Below, in pieces: positions 29,693 through 32,000 of a stretch of 32,000 nucleotides of DNA (position 1 is its first letter; each line of letters starts with the position of its first letter). The DNA lies in NCBI RefSeq assembly GCF_000017305.1, contig NC_009664.2:1260001-1292000 (forward strand), written 5' to 3'. This DNA is from Kineococcus radiotolerans SRS30216 = ATCC BAA-149. GTDB lineage: Bacteria > Actinomycetota > Actinomycetes > Actinomycetales > Kineococcaceae. The notes beneath the pieces were generated by a model, which worked only from the letters and a program-made list of their open reading frames with translations, was not told where the DNA came from and did no database searches. The position numbers were made by a program, and so were the translations under genes.

Positions 29693-32000
29693 CGCTCGTC
29701 CATCCGCTGGACCCCCAGCAGGGGTTCCCACACCCGGCGCACCAACCCCTCGAACGTGGTCGGGACGCCCGGGGGCAGGGTCGTCGGCGGTTCCCACCGC
29801 ACCAGGTGCTCGACGGGTCGCTCCGCACCCCACACGGTCACGTTCTCCTCCTGCCGGTCCTCCTTGTCGAAGGAGAAGTCCGAGGTCCAGGCCCGCCGCG
29901 CCGCCCGCAGGCAGGCGTCGGGGGCGCGCCCGCGCCAGGCCTCCTGCGCCCACGCCGCGGCGGTGTCCACCGGCAGCGGCAGCGGGAACCGCAGCCCGAC
30001 CGCGCGCAGCTCCAGCAGGTCCACCAGCAGGTCCCGGGCCGCGTCGGAGCGCACCGGGCCCAGGGTCAGCAACCCGGTGCTGCCGCGGTCCCCGCGCCCG
30101 ACGAGGACGGTCCGGAACTCCGTCCCCGGGTGGGCGGCGGACAGCGCGAGCAGCTCGACCCAGGCCCGCAGCGTCTGCTTGCCCTTGATGCGGGAGTAGA
30201 CGGTGGTGACGGCGACCTCGCCGGTGGCCCGGCCCCCGCCGCGCACCGGACGGACCCCGCGGACGTTGCCGGTCAGGCGCAGCTGCCCGACGCCGGGGAC
30301 GTCGAGGTCGAGCTCGACGTCGACGCTGCGCGGGGGGGCGGTGTCGAACTCGGCGGCGACCCCGGCGATGGCGTCGACGACCGGGCCGACCTCGCGCAGC
30401 ACCGCCACCCCCAGCGGCCCGGGCGGCAGGCCGCCGCGGGCGCCCTCCAGCCGCACGACCTCGGGGGCCGCGACCCCCCGCAGCCGGGCCGCGAGCGCGC
30501 GGTCGCCCACCGCCCACTTCTGCAGGGCGTCCAGCTGCACGGGGAGCGCGTCGTCGGGTTCCTCCTCGCGGGTGGCGGAGGCGACGTCGAGGCGCTGGCG
30601 CAGGAACCCCCGGGCGGGGTGCTGGAGGAACTGCACGAGGGTGTCGAGGTCGAGGTCCGCGGCGGGGGCCGGCGGCAGGGCCGCGGGCAGGAACGGCGGG
30701 ACGGGGGCGGGTTCGCGGTGCCCGGCGTCGGCTCCGGAGAACGCCGTGCCGTCGTGGCTGAAGGGCCCGTCGGTGCCCAGGGCCCCGGGGGTGAAGTTGC
30801 GCCGGTCGGTGGGCTGCAGGGGGTGGTGGACCTCGATGCGCGCGCGCACCCCGGGGTGGGCGGCCTCCAGGGCGTCGAGGACCTCCCCCACCGGCACCGC
30901 GGGCGGCAGCACCGCCCCGGTGCGGACGTCGCGCCCGGAGTAGGTGACGACGAGGGCGTCCCGGGCGGAGCGGACGAGGTCGAGCAGGACCTGGCGGTCC
31001 TCGCCGCGCGGGTCGCGGTCGCCGACGTGGGGGTCGCGGGCGAGGACGTCGTCGGCGTCGGGGCCGCCCGCCCGGGGGAAGGCGCCGTCGTCCATGCCGA
31101 GCAGGCAGACGACGCGGTGCGGGACGGCGCGCACCGGGGCGGGGGTGCAGACGGTGAGGGCCCCGGTGCGGAAGTTCGCCCGCTGCGGGTGCGCGGCGAA
31201 GCGTTCGGAGATCGTGGCGGCGACGTCGGTCAGGCCGACCCGCGCGGTCCCGGCGCGGGCGGCGTCGTGGGCGACGACGCCGAGCTCCCGGCGCAGCTGC
31301 GCGACCTGCCAGGCGTCCTCGGGGGCGGTGTCGGCGAGGTCGAGGACGGCGTCGAGGAGCGTGTCGCACCAGGCGGCGACGCCGTGCCGGCCCTGCAGGC
31401 GGGTGACGGCGGCGTCGAGGCGGTCGAGGAGCTCGGCGAACCGGCCGGCGAGGTCGATGCGGCTGGACTCCACGTCGGCCAGCGGGACGACCGCGCCGAG
31501 CAGCCCGTCCTCCCCGGTGCGCCCGACGAGGTCGTCCTCGACGGCGCCGCCGACGGCGACCCCGACGAGGAGGCGGTCCAGCCCGGCCCGCCACGTCCCC
31601 TGGTCCAGGGAGCCGAGCTGCCAGGCGCCGCGGTGGCGGGCGCTGAGGCCCCAGTGCACCCCGGCGGCGACGGTCCACTCGCGCAGCTGCTCGAGGTCCT
31701 CGTCGTCGAGGTCGAAGCGGCGGCGCACCGGGGCGGCGGCGGCGAGGTCCAGGACCTCGGTGGCGCCGGCCCGCGACTGCGCCAGCCCCAGCAGCCGGAC
31801 GGCGAGACCGAGCAGCGGGTTGGTCCGCAGCGCGGAGCGGTCGGCGACCTGCACCCGCAGCCCCCCGCCGGGGTGGGAGTCGGTGGCGAAGGCGGCCGAG
31901 ACCAGCGGGGCGAAGGTCTCGACGTCGGGGCACGCGACGAGGACGTCGCGCGGCTGCAGCGTCGGGTCGGCGTCGAGGAGGCCGAGGACGACCTCGCGCA
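29689..32000 (-). CDS. recC: Exodeoxyribonuclease V gamma subunit (RecC), C-terminal roughly 770 codons; the N-terminus lies beyond the window end
   Basis: The frame stays open upstream of the track's first Met (31854) all the way to position 32000. My translation there gives ...REVVLGLLDADPTLQPRDVLVACPDVETFAPLVSAAFATDSHPGGGLRVQVADRSAL..., matching the conserved RecC segment (DIxVxxPDIexYaP...F...aDR). The gene lies upstream of and overlaps recB. Confidence 0.9.
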   Translation of the reverse strand, partial: REVVLGLLDADPTLQPRDVLVACPDVETFAPLVSAAFATDSHPGGGLRVQVADRSALRTNPLLGLAVRLLGLAQSRAGATEVLDLAAAAPVRRRFDLDDEDLEQLREWTVAAGVHWGLSARHRGAWQLGSLDQGTWRAGLDRLLVGVAVGGAVEDDLVGRTGEDGLLGAVVPLADVESSRIDLAGRFAELLDRLDAAVTRLQGRHGVAAWCDTLLDAVLDLADTAPEDAWQVAQLRRELGVVAHDAARAGTARVGLTDVAATISERFAAHPQRANFRTGALTVCTPAPVRAVPHRVVCLLGMDDGAFPRAGGPDADDVLARDPHVGDRDPRGEDRQVLLDLVRSARDALVVTYSGRDVRTGAVLPPAVPVGEVLDALEAAHPGVRARIEVHHPLQPTDRRNFTPGALGTDGPFSHDGTAFSGADAGHREPAPVPPFLPAALPPAPAADLDLDTLVQFLQHPARGFLRQRLDVASATREEEPDDALPVQLDALQKWAVGDRALAARLRGVAAPEVVRLEGARGGLPPGPLGVAVLREVGPVVDAIAGVAAEFDTAPPRSVDVELDLDVPGVGQLRLTGNVRGVRPVRGGGRATGEVAVTTVYSRIKGKQTLRAWVELLALSAAHPGTEFRTVLVGRGDRGSTGLLTLGPVRSDAARDLLVDLLELRAVGLRFPLPLPVDTAAAWAQEAWRGRAPDACLRAARRAWTSDFSFDKEDRQEENVTVWGAERPVEHLVRWEPPTTLPPGVPTTFEGLVRRVWEPLLGVQRMDER

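Noticed and set aside
24322-30943. ORFs 24322..26814 (830 aa), 24618..26486, 24586..24804, 24626..25213, 24814..25419, 25465..26607, 26468..30199 (1243 aa), 26811..27902, 27442..27996, 27993..29828, 30203..30943 and other nested ORFs
   Set aside because: All are alternate or antisense frames of recD, recB and recC with Arg/Pro/Gly-dominated translations. The RecBCD frames carry canonical helicase and nuclease motifs.
29693-31933. The upstream 747 codons of the 1872-aa ORF 26315..31933, considered as a giant RecB N-terminal extension or a RecC-RecB fusion
   Set aside because: That segment is Arg/Pro/Gly junk in an alternate frame of recC. RecB motif I follows directly after the GTG at 29692, which forms a GTGA overlap with the recC stop.

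Overview
Very high-GC (roughly 73-75% by eye) actinobacterial chromosomal DNA. The true reading frames are clear from near-saturated G/C at third codon positions and from recognisable protein motifs. Most long ORFs in the supplied track are Arg/Pro/Gly-rich alternate-frame or antisense artefacts of the GC bias.

I support 24 protein-coding genes:
- A partial sugar-porter MFS transporter (-).
- A HelZ-type SNF2 helicase plus a tightly linked SWIM zinc-finger protein (+).
- A class-I glutamine amidotransferase and a secreted CARDB-domain protein (-).
- The glycerol catabolic operon glpF-glpK-glpD (-).
- An EAL / degenerate-GGDEF c-di-GMP protein, an MFS transporter and an SDR oxidoreductase (+).
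- A GAF-PP2C(SpoIIE)-HATPase fusion protein and an orphan methyl-accepting chemotaxis protein (+).
- An alkyl-DHAP-synthase-like flavoprotein and aroQ (-).
- tag and ndh (+).
- A translationally coupled trio (+): a mini-TOPRIM protein, a single-pass membrane protein and an HTTM-like polytopic membrane protein.
- recC(partial)-recB-recD (-), joined by GTGA overlaps.

I found no rRNA, tRNA, CRISPR array, transposase, integrase or phage genes. The region looks like core chromosome rather than an accessory island, and I cannot point to a clear-cut novel system.

The loci most worth a second look are:
- The TOPRIM / membrane / HTTM trio at 22567-24466.
- The chemoreceptor gene bracketed by inverted copies of GGTTCAGCC.
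- The inverted-order EAL-first c-di-GMP protein divergent from glpFKD.
- The uncharacterised HelZ+SWIM pair.
- Several promoter-level signals: a dense G-quadruplex tract, TANNNT boxes placed for leaderless GTG starts, and perfect long GC hairpins.

The presence of an MCP suggests a motile actinomycete such as a Kineococcus-like organism. That is a guess and cannot be verified without a database search.
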